A DNA stretch of 64,000 nucleotides from assembly GCA_051294375.1 (NCBI GenBank), contig CM119269.1, forward strand, positions 14,891,918-14,955,917, in the 5' to 3' direction. Positions within the stretch are counted from its first letter, which is position 1. Each line of letters starts with the position of its first letter. The notes beneath the pieces were generated by a model that saw only the letters and a program-made list of their open reading frames with translations, did no database searches and had not been told where the DNA came from. Shown piece by piece: positions 36,769 to 48,991 of this stretch. The position numbers were made by a program, and so were the translations under genes. Origin of the DNA: Paraspadella gotoi. Its lineage: Eukaryota > Animalia > Chaetognatha.

Positions 36769-39700
36769 ATGAAAAGTCGAAAAACCCGCGTCTTTTGTTT
36801 AATTTTTTGTTTACTCGTCGCGAGCTCCATCTGGTTTTCACGACGCGATCTTCGCCTTTTCTACTGGTGGCGCCTCTTCGTCGACCGCCACCTCAGCCGA
36901 GTCTATCGTGGCGCGCCTGAAGTAGGGGTGGCGCCGATCGGCGTCCTCGTCAACGTCTCTGGCTGTGTAATTCCGGAGTTCGATCCCTTCGACGCGTCGG
37001 TGGCGGCGCTGCTGGATTTCGCGGAGGAGGGGAGGGTGTGCCGCGGGGAAGGGACGCGAGTCGAGGTGAGGAGTGGGGAGGGAGGGCGGGGGGAAGTTTT
37101 GTGTCTCTCACTTTTGAATATGGCAGCGTAAGGAGCATGAGGGGGCGACCCCGGCGATCAAAAAATTGTATTCTGTTCGTGATTATTATATTTCTCATGA
37201 CGAAAAGTTGTAAAAACTAGATTAAAAAGGCTAAATAAAAGAATTAAAAAAAAAGCATAATTATCATCATCATAATCATAAACATCGCCGTTGTTTTATG
37301 TTTTATTTAAAGCGGGCGCGACCGAGGTTCACTTTGATTATCGACATCGTTTCCTCACTTATGAACCGGTGGCTCATTGATTAACGCAATCGGCTCGTGA
37401 ATATTAGTTACCGGCTTCTTTCTCAACCCGTTTCCTTCTTAACGGGAAGAGTCAGGACCGCCGTAAACCCCCTTAGGGTCAAATCGTCGCCCCATGTCTG
37501 GTTCCAAGACCAAGATCCAATCAATCGTTGACCAGCGGCCTAAAGAATATATATTGTCTGAAGAATAAGCATTTTACATATATCAAAAATATTTTCCCCT
37601 TGCCTTCGATCCTAAAGGTCAACGGCAGCGTTATCTCTCTCACTTCGTCGACGATCAACTCGGACGCGTCTCCCCATCGATGCACCGTCACTCCTCTTCG
37701 TTTCGATAGTGGGCGTGGCAGCATCGCCGTTTCCTTTGACTTCCGGCCCCACGAACGCCGCGCCGTCGACGCCGAATTCGCGCGCGTCGTCTGTTGGCGC
37801 CGAAACTTTTTGGGCGCCGAATCGAAAGCCTTTGAGAATTTCGTGCCGGTGGGATTCCTAGATCCGAAGAAGGTCGCCGAGAAGGCGGCTAAAGATGCCG
37901 CCTGGGTGGTCAAGAATGCTGCAAGGGCGGCTATGAATGCTGCAAAGGCGATGAAGTATGCAACACGGGTGGAAAAGAAAGGGAATAGGAACCGAGTTGT
38001 CGAGAAGATTGTGACAAAGGAAGACTTTAAAGGAAGGTAATTTTATATCCACCAACAAGTACAATTGTTTCTACATAAATTACAATTTACATAGTGGATA
38101 AATGTGATGAAATTTATAAAATTCAAAATGACTAAGAATAACTAATTGCGTGCATAACAAATTTTACTTACGGTATTATTATGATTATTATGTCATCTTT
38201 CCTTGGGTGGTATACTATACATAGTATTCATTCTTCAATATAAGATAACATCCCCCCAATTTCCCAGCCCACCCCCAGCACCCCCTCGCTACAGCATTCA
38301 CTTGATCGGCATCGATTCCACCTCCCGCCACAATTCTGTCCGCCATTTGTCCAAGACTCGGAAATTTCTAGAGGAGCTGGGAGTCATAGAGTTTTTCGGC
38401 TACAACAAAGTCGGCGACAACTCACAGGCGAACCTCCTGCCGCTGTTGACGGGACTATCCAACGGGTCGGTGTCCGATATGTCGTGGAACTTCGTAATTT
38501 CACGAGACGGCCTCTTTGATTTCGTTTTTGATATATATTTGAACGTTTCGTTTATTGTAATTGACGTTATAGACTTTTTCACATTTTTTATACATATTTC
38601 TCGTTAATTTTTTTTTACTTTAACCAAATAAACGGCCTACTAGTACTACCATCGATAGTATCCAAATATGTTTTCTTGACTTATCTCTCTTCCCTCTTCT
38701 TTCTGCAGCGAAGCCTCCAAGCTTCCTTCATCCAAACTTCCCTTCATCTGGCGAACATTCGACTCTGTAGGGTTCTGGACTCTTTTCGGCGAAGACTGGC
38801 ATGGAGATCGAAGGTCATTCCACATCGAAGGCGACTTCCTGCCAGATCACTTCTTCACTCCGTTTCTCGACGAAATGGAGAACAAGTAAATCAAGGCTCA
38901 CAATGACAATAACAATGACAATAACAATGACAATAACAATAACAATAACAATGACACTAACAATGACAATAACAATAACCATTCCATTTAACTTTTTTTT
39001 TTTAAATCTGAATACAAATACGCGACAAAAAAACTTGACATTAACCGAAAGATTAGCAGAAGTTGTATAATAAAAATGACAAAGATTTTTACGGAACTGG
39101 CTCGAAAAAATATGACACTGTTTTCCGAAAGAGCGCCAATTCTGTTCCTAATGCATATACCGTAGCAAATCCTAAATTCACTTCCCATATAGCTTGGTAA
39201 TATTCAGAACGTCCCATTCGCTTGGACAGCTAATTACTCGTTCACCAACCCTCAGTTCCGGATTAAATCTCCTCAGAATGATGGACTGATGTGTTGGCAT
39301 AAACATGCCAGTGATATGGGGTAGTTATTGCAGGTCCAAAGCCCTGAGCGCTAGCTGTTAGGAGTTGCTTCATATACATATTTCCCCGTTGCCATAATTA
39401 TTATATAATTGAGTTATACATATAACTAGATGCTAAACCTAATCCTTAACCCTTCCCTAATCTCTAACCCTAATCAATAACAAAATTCTAAACCTAAATC
39501 TATATTAATTTTAAATTTAAACTGAAATCTGACGCTTTTGGGAAAGACGACCGACTAAAATTCATATCGTCAAAACAAAAACAAAAAAAAAAACCCCAAA
39601 AACTGATCATTCTGTTTTCCACAGCTATAATTTTTATTTTTTTTCATTTTTTATTAATACCAAAAAGAGTATTAACGAAATCAGAAACAAGTAAAAACAA

Positions 39701-41701
39701 GAAAAAACTAAACTATTAAAACAAACGACACTAATGTTTATAATGGAACCATTAATAAAATGTTTTGAACTAATTCATAAGAAGCTATATAATATAACCT
39801 TCAAGAACAGCTAGAGGGCCATTTATATTTTACCTTCTTTTAACTTTTAGAGGTTTTTCTACTTACCTGGGCGACTGCTATGGAGATCAACTCGCCGGAA
39901 AAAAGATGTACGAGTGGTACGATCTTGTCTTGAAGACCCATTCCAGGCATGAAACATTTCGGGTTTCAGGTAGGGAAAAAAATAACAAAAAAAATAAAGA
40001 GTTGTGAAATTATTAGAAAGTGATTAAAGATGCCTAATGAGAATCTTCTGTAATATGTAAATGAGTTTTTGAGCGTTTTGATGTTGCATCCGCAAGGGCT
40101 TGACAAATGATCACGCCCACATTTGGTATTCCCCGTAAGCATCTCATCCAAACGTCTCCTCCTCCTCTTCCTCCTCCACTCGCGATCGCCTCTTCTCTTT
40201 CCTCTGGTCCGTCGACTGGTCGCACGAGGAGCTGAATCTCCTGAAGCGCGCCGACGCGCCGACGCTGCGCCTGCTGCGGGAGATGAAGAGGATGCGGATC
40301 TTCGAGGAGGACGTGGTGCTCTTTTTCAGGTGGGGTTGAGAAAGATCGCGATCGTCAAATTAGCTGAGATCAATTATAATAAGTTAATTTAAAATTGTAT
40401 TAAAAATGTAATATTGATATTCATATTAAAACTGTGGAGGACGGTCGACGACGACTATGGTCGACGATTCGACCGGCCTTTTCGTCCCCGTTGGGTCACT
40501 TGATATGACCGACGTTTCTCTCTCTTTCTCTCTCTTTCTGACTCATGCTCTCCTCCTTATAAGTTGACACCGTTGGACGATACTCTCTCTCTAATAAACC
40601 TTTCATTGTTATGTACTTATTCTCACATTTTACATTGTAATAAATGTATATTATCACAAACATTGTCTCCTTTTCCAACGTCGCCATAAAACAAATAATA
40701 AGTGATGAATTTTCACGTCATCATACAAAACGTACTTGTGAAGGTCCAGATAAAAATTTGACAAGTTTTCCTTTTCATTGATAATTCACTTTCTTTTCCC
40801 CACATTTCCCCACACGCATTCTCCCCACAGCGACCACGGACTTCGCTTCGGTCGCATCCTAGAAACTCGAATCGGTCGTCAAGAGTCCTCGATGCCCTTT
40901 CTCATTTTCTCCCTTCCTCCCTGGTTCCATCGACGGTTCCAGCCTCTCGTCCACAACTTGAAGACCAACGCCCGACGACTCACGACTCCTTACGATCTCC
41001 ACGAGACGCTCTTGCATCTGTTGCGGCTGCAGGAAGGAGATGCAGCGGAGGACGATGCGGCGCGGCGGCTGCGTAAGGCGAGTACTGAAGCGTCTTCGCA
41101 GCGTCACGCTCAATCACTCTTTGAAGAGGTGCCAGCGTCTCGGACCTGCGCCGCCGCGCGGATTCCCCTGCAGTACTGCTGCTGCGGCGAGACGAGCCTC
41201 GTTTCCGTTGAGAATCCTGACGTCGTCGTAGTCGCCGACGTCATCGTCAAAACTCTCAACGAGATGACGAAGAGAAAGGAAGATCTTTGCGCTAGACTCA
41301 AGTTGAAGGAGATAAAGAGGAGTTACAGGTGTGAAGTTGGTGTAAACTGGAAGGTCTGGCGTTCGAGACTGACACAATGTCATGTCTTTGCAGTTAAAAA
41401 TCGACTGTTTGATTTAATTTATAGAGAAATAAATTGATATTGATCGAGTTCTGTATACTTTTTTTGGCTTTTCAGAAAACAAACGATGGACGGCCAAACG
41501 GAGACGACGACGCTGTTGACGACGATTGCAACGTCACCCGGCGACGGCGTCTTCGAGATGTCAGCCTCTCGAGTCGATGGTCAATGGAGAGTCGACGCGA
41601 ACGAAGTGAACAGGATCGATCGATATGGTTCCAAGTCTTCGTGTCTCTCGTTGGAGGAAAAGTTGTTGCGGAAAATTTGCTTTTGCTATGAGCAGAAATA
41701 A
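36769..41701 (+). CDS. DUF229 family protein (alkaline phosphatase/sulfatase superfamily), type II membrane anchor
   Basis: Exons 36769-37065, 37618-38036, 38268-38465, 38709-38885, 39851-39969, 40140-40329, 40831-41328 and 41476-41701, all in phase. Motifs: N-terminal MKSRKTRVFCLIFCLLVASSIW; GCVIPEFDPF; IGIDSTSR; GYNKVGDNSQANLLPLLTG; PFIW..GED; WSHE; FFSDHGLRFG; RLTTPYDLHETL; RIDRYG..C..LRKICFC. Confidence 0.92.
37358..37525 (+). mobile_element. Probable degenerate tRNA-derived SINE in DUF229 intron 1
   Basis: A-box-like GGTGGCTCATTGATTAACGCAATCGGCT head, a GC-richer body and a CAAT-repeat tail; only one copy in the window. Confidence 0.35.
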
Positions 41702-42044
41702 GAGGCAGAAGTGGGCGGTGATAGCCCGAAGTGAGAAGCGAAAATGAGAGGTGAAAATGTTGCGGTGAAAGTGAAAATTGATCGACCGAAGAGAAAGAAA
41801 AATGGATGAGATTCGTTAAGACGGGTTTTTGTTGAATTATAATCATTGCATTAATCATTGTCATCCTGTTATTCGTCACTTAAATTACGATTTATTTGTT
41901 ATCACTCATTTATCCGATGAAATAAAGAAGCCACCAGTTAATCTTCCTCTTTTTATTAACTACTTATCAAATTAAATCTCATTATTACGTTTCAACCTAA
42001 AGTCGTTTCTACCGAGAAATGCTCATGGAATCAAACCGATTCCA

Positions 42045-42310
42045 TTACTTCTTTTTTTTCCCGCGACCTTTTTTCTTCAAAGCTTTTAACACGAAACGCG
42101 TTCGCCAAAAACCCTGCGTTGAAAGAAAAACCGCCATGAAATATGTACTTTGTTATGGGTTTACTAGCTTTTATTTTATAAAATGTGCTGTTGAGGCGGT
42201 GTGAATTTACCGCCACAGTGTAAAATAAAAATATTATTTAGATGGGAAAGTGTTTTATAAGATTGGGAAGCAAAAAAAAACTTTTTTTAGATCAAACATC
42301 ATCGTCATCG

Positions 42311-42363
<53 letters not shown>

Positions 42364-43620
42364 TATTAATCCAAGCATGAATGACAAAATCAAAACAAAA
42401 ACAAACGTGTAAAATTGTATCTCAAACGTTTAGCTAATTTTTTACGGTAAGCCTCTTTTTTTCAAGAAAGTTTTTATTTACTCGACTACGTTTTGTTTAC
42501 AACAACGCGCACATAGAACGCTAATTGAACATATGTTCTTAATACAATGCTCTTGAAATATTAGTTAAGGTTATAGAAATTCATACTTTTTTATTCTCAA
42601 ATATTTTCTCGACAAATATTAGAAATAATTAAAAATTATGGATAAGACTGGCAATTTCTGAATAGTATTGATTTCACTACCATTACGTATAATTATTTTA
42701 TTTCCGCCTTTCTCCGGGATTTTTCTCTTCTCTTTTCATCAAAGACCAATTTCTCAAACGGTCTACCATCCAAACCACTTCTCTCCGAACTCGACCACGG
42801 GACCACCCTCCACTTTCTCCACCCGCCCCACCCCAGACCCCCACCCACCTGAATGACCATTGCGCATCTGTTCATGTGCGCGAGTTCATCTTTGGCCGCA
42901 CGCGCCGTCCGTTCTTCCTCCGCTATTCGAGCGTTGATCTCGTTGATGACCGCCTCCACGCGGGCGAACTCGATCTTGGGGGGGGGCGGGGTAAAAAATT
43001 GGGGGGGGGGCAGAAGGGGGAGTTGTCGCTCGATCTTATTAGTAGCTGTTTAAAGGTTTACCTCATTTTCTTTTTCTTTCTTTCTTTCTTTCATTCTATT
43101 TTCTTTCTTTCTCACTTTCTTTCTTTTTTCTCTCTTGACTTTCCTTTTCTTTACTCTTCTCTTCCTTCCCCCCCTCCCCCAATACTCACCTCCATCTCAT
43201 CCAGCCGCTTCCTGATCGGATCGTACTCCGCCTTGACGACGTCGTACTGCACGTCCAGCCTGGTCAGGTCCCGATCGTACTTGTCAATCCAGTTCCCGAT
43301 CTCAGTTTCGATCTTAAACTTCTTTTCTCTCAACGCCCCCTCGCGTTTCATGTGTTCGCCGCTGACGACGACGAGCTCTTTGGTCATAGATTGTTGACGC
43401 TCCTCGTACTTGGTTTGAAGTTCTTGGATTGATAAGATTCCATTGCTTTGATTCGGTTTATTGAAAGATCCAATCACTTGTTAATTTTTTTTCGATTCGA
43501 TATTCAGTTGATTGATTGATTGATAGATCGATTAATTTAACGGATAAAAATCACTATTTGGTTAATTAGATTTAAAAATTCGTCATATTAAACGATTTAT
43601 TAGTTAGATTAATTAATTTC

Positions 43621-43668
<48 letters not shown>

Positions 43669-43692
43669 CTCTCTTCTCTTCTCTCTCTATCT

Positions 43693-43743
<51 letters not shown>

Positions 43744-45480
43744 AACTCTTCACCATTCGACTCCCTCTCTAACTTCGTCTTCTCCGACTCCTTCGCCACA
43801 TCCCGCATCTTCATCTTCTTCAAGAAGGCGTTGGACGCCGAGTGGAGACGCTGTGTGGTTTTCTCGATGGCCGCGTCGAGTCGCTTCACTTCGATCACCA
43901 TTGATTTCTGTGAAGGGGGCGGGGGTGAGGGGGATGAAGGAAAAATTGAAATGTGAAGAGAAATAAAAGAGAAATAAAAGAAAGTGGAACAAGTGGATAA
44001 GAATAAGGGAGTGGTCTTTTCATACAATTGAAACATTCTTTGAAATATTATACCACTTCATTGATAGGGAAGCCAGGTACTCTGGGAGTGAATAAACGAG
44101 ACTGTGTGAGAGTCTTGATTGAAAGCTAGCAGGGACCTGCTATGTCATTATCTTGTAAGAGTGATGGAGGCCTTAAACCACCAAAGCCTGTCCAAAGTCA
44201 GGGGCAAGATAGCTTATTTATTAAATGAATGGATAATTTTTATATTGGTTGAACCAATTTCATAAGTACAGATCTGGTCAAAAAAAGTTTAAACTTTGAA
44301 CCCACTACTATCTCGCTTGTCTGTCATCATATTAATTAAAACTTGGGTTCATTTGAAAGCCGAGACATAAATCTTTTATTCAAGCCCATGACAAGGTTTT
44401 TAGGCTAAATATTATATGCTAAAATAAAGAAGGATCAAAATTTTGTTTTACAATTTATTTTTTTTTGTAAAAAAATTTTTTTTCTATATTTGCTTTTTGT
44501 TTTTTTATATTTATTTACCATGGAAACTTCAAAACAGATAAACCCCAAAACGAAAGTTGTAATTGTTAAGCTTTGGAATAAGGTTTTTCAAACTATAGGA
44601 ACGCCAAACAGTTGCATTTTTTTACAGCCGTTTGTAAAGTTGTCAACAAATTTGAAACAACTGGAGACCTTGGATAAGCTGTTGGAAGCAGTCGGCCTTG
44701 CATGTTTACAGAAAGTAAAGACAGTGACCTGGAAAGTCTTGCAATTCAAGACTGTAAAGCTTCTTCAAATCAGTTGAGAAGAATTTAAGAGAAGAAAGAA
44801 GAATTGTCACCAGTCGTTCAACAGTGAATATGCGGCTTTTCATAGAGGATAGAGCTCTGTAGTAAAATACCACGACAGTCAACCAAATTAAAAAAATTAT
44901 AAAACTCATTTGGTAGGAGCTGAACCCTTCATATTTTTGTAGCCTCTACTACTCTCTCCCTCGTCGCATGGAAGTAGTACTGGAAGCAAATGGTGGTCCG
45001 ATATTAATTAACTGAGTCTTAAAAAGTATTGTTTTCCTTCAAATAACAAAATAAGATGCTTTTATCAGAACTATTAAACTTTTTTTGACCTGATCTGTAG
45101 TGGAGAAAAAGGAAAAATAAGTGAAAGAGAATTAGGAGGAAGATGAAGAATAGGAAGAATCAGTAGAAAATCATGAGAAATAACGACAGATAGAGATGAA
45201 TAAATGAGGAAACGTAAAAGGGAAAAATTGATCAAAAATTGCTTTTGGGAAGTTTGGAAAAGTTGAACGTGATATGAAACCATGAAGACGACGACGACGA
45301 CGACCTCGATTTCCGACCTGACGAGCGTCCAATTTTCTCTTCAGTTCGTCTTCCGTCTTTTTCATTCCTTCTAATTTCGCGGTGATTTGAATTTGATAAC
45401 TGAGGGGAATCGTAACTCACTCACTCACTCATCACTCTTTCTTTCTTTTTTTCTTTCTTTCGCCCTTTCTTTCTTTCGCC

Positions 45481-45570
<90 letters not shown>

Positions 45571-47305
45571 CTCTCGCCCTTTCTCTTTCTCTCTCTCTCT
45601 TCGCAATACGCACGCGATGACGTTCTTGAGGTCGCTTGCGGACGACTGCAATTTAACTAAAAGAAGATCGTCCAGTGTGGTCAAACTACGGATGAAGCGC
45701 AGCGCCCCTCGGGACAAGCAGCACTGCGCCGCCGTGATCAAAGACTGAAACTGCAGAAGAAAAAGCGTTTTAGAAGCACCTGCTGCATCGGCGGATGCAG
45801 CTCTATGGGATGCTGTATCAGAATCAGCAGCATAATCATCGGCTGCTGCATCAGCGGATGTCGCATCAGAGTCTGCTGCATCAGCAAGAGCTGCGATTTC
45901 CTACAAATTATAACAACACAAATGACAGAAACAGCAACATCAAAGATTAACAGCTACAAAACTGATAAAAAAAAAAACAGTATCAACAAATATTATTAAA
46001 CCTTAATTAATATATCCTTAAAAAAATAATATGAAAAATATTTAAGAAAAACGAATTATGCTCCAATATGCTACAATAGGCAAACGAGATTTAAGAACTC
46101 TTATCTCATTCAAAATCATCCACAACATCGAGAACCTTCTCGTCTTCCGCACGAGTCGCCGTCAGTCGAAGAAATTCCTTGACGTTTTTCGCCAACGCGT
46201 TGCACAAAATGAAGAATTTCGAATCATCGAATTCTTTGAGTTTCGAGCGAAGGTGGGAGAAGGTGGACTCTGTCACACTTAGGTGGTTCTGAAAGGGGGG
46301 TTGGAGGCGGTGTTGAAATGGAATAGGGGGGGTGTTAGGTGAGGAAAATGAGAGGAGAGAGGAGGAAGTGAGAAGGGAAGAGGAAGGCAGAGGAGGAAGT
46401 AAGGGAAGGAGAATGGGAAAGTGATCGACCTCCTTCTGAATCAAGAATAAGAAAGGGTGTAAAGTGATCGACCTCCTTCTGAATCAAGTTGCCCCTAAAA
46501 AAATCGATGTCGAGACAGAGCAGTTTGTGGTCGACGACGAGAGCGTCGATCTCTTTGTCGGATTCCGCGGGGATGTGAAGCATCGCGAAGGCCCGTTGGA
46601 GGTCGGCCAGTCTGCGGAGTGGGTGAGGCGAAGGGAAAGGATTAGTAAACGGCTCGGAGAATTAATAAGGTCGGGCGATTGGCTTTATGCGAAAAATTTT
46701 ATCAAAAGTAGAAAAAAAAAAAGAAGCAATATTTCTAAGGCTTGTTGCCTGTTGTCGGGTGAAACTAAAAGGCTTCATTAGGGCATATTAGGTAATGGAG
46801 AAATCAAGGAATATCGGAATGAGTGTGAATTCGATGAGATTAAGAAGAGAGGAGAAGAATGTAATTAAGTTGGAAATGACTCAAACCCGACGGCAGATGC
46901 GAAATCCTCTCTCTGGGATTCAAATCAAGGGATCAATGGACGATGACAAATAAAGGAGAGAAGAGGGAGGGTCCTTTTCACGATAACCTTTGCCTCACTC
47001 TAATCCTCACCCTGACCCAAATAATCGAACAAACACATCGAGGTTAAGAACAAACTCTTTTCTTCTGCAAACAGACACATAATATGTATTACATATGCTG
47101 TCCCGAAGAAAGGTGCGGTATCGTAAATAACTAACGTTAAATAAATTAGATTCTCGGTAGGTTTACCTCAAGGCCTCACCTATAATGACCCCCTTCACGG
47201 GCCTCACCCGTTGTGAAGGACGAAGTGAATTCTTCTCGGTTCCACGAAGATGAGATTGTTAATGTTTGGGAGGAAATTCTTCGGCATGGTCGCCGCGAAT
47301 TCCAT
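42045..47305 (-). CDS. IQCD: Dynein regulatory complex subunit 10 / IQ domain-containing protein D (~396 aa)
   Basis: Nine exons (47305-47208, 46611-46473, 46288-46136, 45750-45614, 45399-45318, 43907-43754, 43422-43190, 42974-42849, 42113-42045) give an open 1191-nt CDS. It contains EGALREKKFKIETEIGNWIDKYD and a C-terminal IQ motif AMVIQGFWRTRFVLKALKKKGRGKKKK*, matching recalled IQCD ([33 protein letters not shown] followed by a K/G-rich tail). Confidence 0.88.
44064..44263 (+). repeat. ~200-bp dispersed repeat, copy 2, abutting the Tc1 remnant
   Basis: Matches 22248-22448 in inverted orientation; the Tc1 TA site follows within a few bases. Confidence 0.85.
44269..45097 (+). mobile_element. 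Internally deleted, decayed Tc1/mariner DNA transposon in an IQCD intron
   Basis: TA|CAGATCTGGTCAAAAAAAGTTTAA ... TTAAACTTTTTTTGACCTGATCTG|TA: a 24-bp TIR with one mismatch and a TA target duplication. Remnant peptides GSSRPCMFTES, VTSRSTVNMRL (DNA-binding domain) and SLPRRMEVVLEANGGP (Tc1 C-terminus). Confidence 0.9.
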
Positions 47306-48991
47306 GCTCTTCGATGACGCTTCGTTCTTATGAAGGATAAATACATTTTTATTTGACATTAATGTATACCCTGAGTACGAACACGATTCTTAAATAAAAT
47401 AAAACAGTTTGTCGTTTGTTGGTTGTAGCTAATGGGGATCAAATAGTACTTTCAAAGGTTATCATTTTAGCATTATGTCTCCCGCTGATCCAAGATATTA
47501 ATTAATATACAAAAACTCACCAAACCGACTGGGACAGGTTGAGTCGTTTCGGTCGTCGATTCCGCGCTGAATCGAAGCGTAAACAATTAATCAATCGATC
47601 AAGCTATCAACCAAATCGCCATCAATCAAACAATCAATCAAGCTATCAACCAAATCGCCACACTTTATGCTCAAATTGTCTTCGTTGTTATCGTTAACGT
47701 TGTTGCAGTTAACGTTTTTTAGATTAATGGCGCCGCCGACTTTTATCTTCGGGAGTCTGACGATGGGCGTTTGTCTTTTGTCTAACTTTACTTCCGGTTG
47801 GCTGTGAGGCCTCTGGTGAGAAAAACGTCATTTCTTTTGGATTTGCGAGAATGATTTTGAGTGATTTATTAGGCTCAATTTGTAGTATAAAACGAAGTAA
47901 ATGTCTTGGTTACATGGGAATGGGAAATAGTAAGAGGAAGATACATAAATGAAACAAAAAAAATATTTTTACCGATGACTTATCCTTAATATTCGGAAGT
48001 TTAAACGAGACTTTCTTTTCTCCTTGATCCATTTGGGACGATTAAATGAGTTAATTTGCGGTAATTTTCTAATTTATACCGGGCGCATCTACGATCTAAT
48101 TAATTTTTACTAATCGGCTCAATTTTAGCAATAAAATTTTAGTATCTCTAGTTTTTTTTTCGTTAATTATTTGCACATCGCTAACGTCGCTTCTACCAGC
48201 TAATCGCGCGCGTTTTCCTTCGATTTTACAGTGAGATAGTGAAAAAATAAGCACATCTTTCATTCAAACTTAACTTATATAATATCTAGATACCCTTTTA
48301 CTAATCATCTAAAGGATTTACTGTAATAACAAATTAAATTTGTAATTTCCAGGGCCTCTTATTAGCTCATTCGCTCGACCAACTGTTGAGAGAATTTTTC
48401 CCCCAGATTTCTTGGTAATCTTCTAAGAAGCGAAGAATTTGAGTTGAGCTCGTGTTTAGGAAACGTTCCGTGTTTGCGTTGGATCCGTGATTGAGTCGCG
48501 GCTTTGTTTGCGAGGTATAACCTTGTTTGGTTTTAGCTAAAAACCCAAAAAAATCCGCAGAGGAGATAAAAGAGATTAGGAAATTGTAGCAACCGATTTG
48601 AAAAGTTTTTTCTCCCATATGTCAAAATGTGGGTTCCAAACTCTCATAATGATGCATATTACGGAATTCTTATAAAAAAAAATCGTCACTTCACTAGAGC
48701 TAATAATCTTTATTATTAAAATTATTATCATCTTTGTTATTAAAATACCAACTTCTAAGAATTGATTTAGAGATTCTATATTTGATATGAAAAATAAAAC
48801 GTGATAGGTGGTAGCCATATATTTATAGTTTCGGTGATTAAAATTCAAAACATCAGGGTTGTTCGTGCGCTGGAGATAGAAATTATAATCTTTTAGAAGT
48901 AAACATCGTCTTCTTTGCTCCCATATATATTCTTCCTTCAAAATCGACAAGGACAAAAGCCACTTTCGACGAGCCTCTCGACCGCCTCGCC

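Noticed and set aside
39430-39500. Interstitial telomeric repeats
   Set aside because: Only a few degenerate TAACCC-like units, typical of transposon-internal sequence.
42693-42848. IQCD C-terminus as read through in the ORF track
   Set aside because: A GT donor at 42848 and the exon at 42113-42045 complete a proper IQ motif, so the read-through is intron.
47905-47925. RFX X-box upstream of the ciliary gene IQCD (GTTACATGGGAAT)
   Set aside because: Poor match to the consensus and the TSS is unknown.
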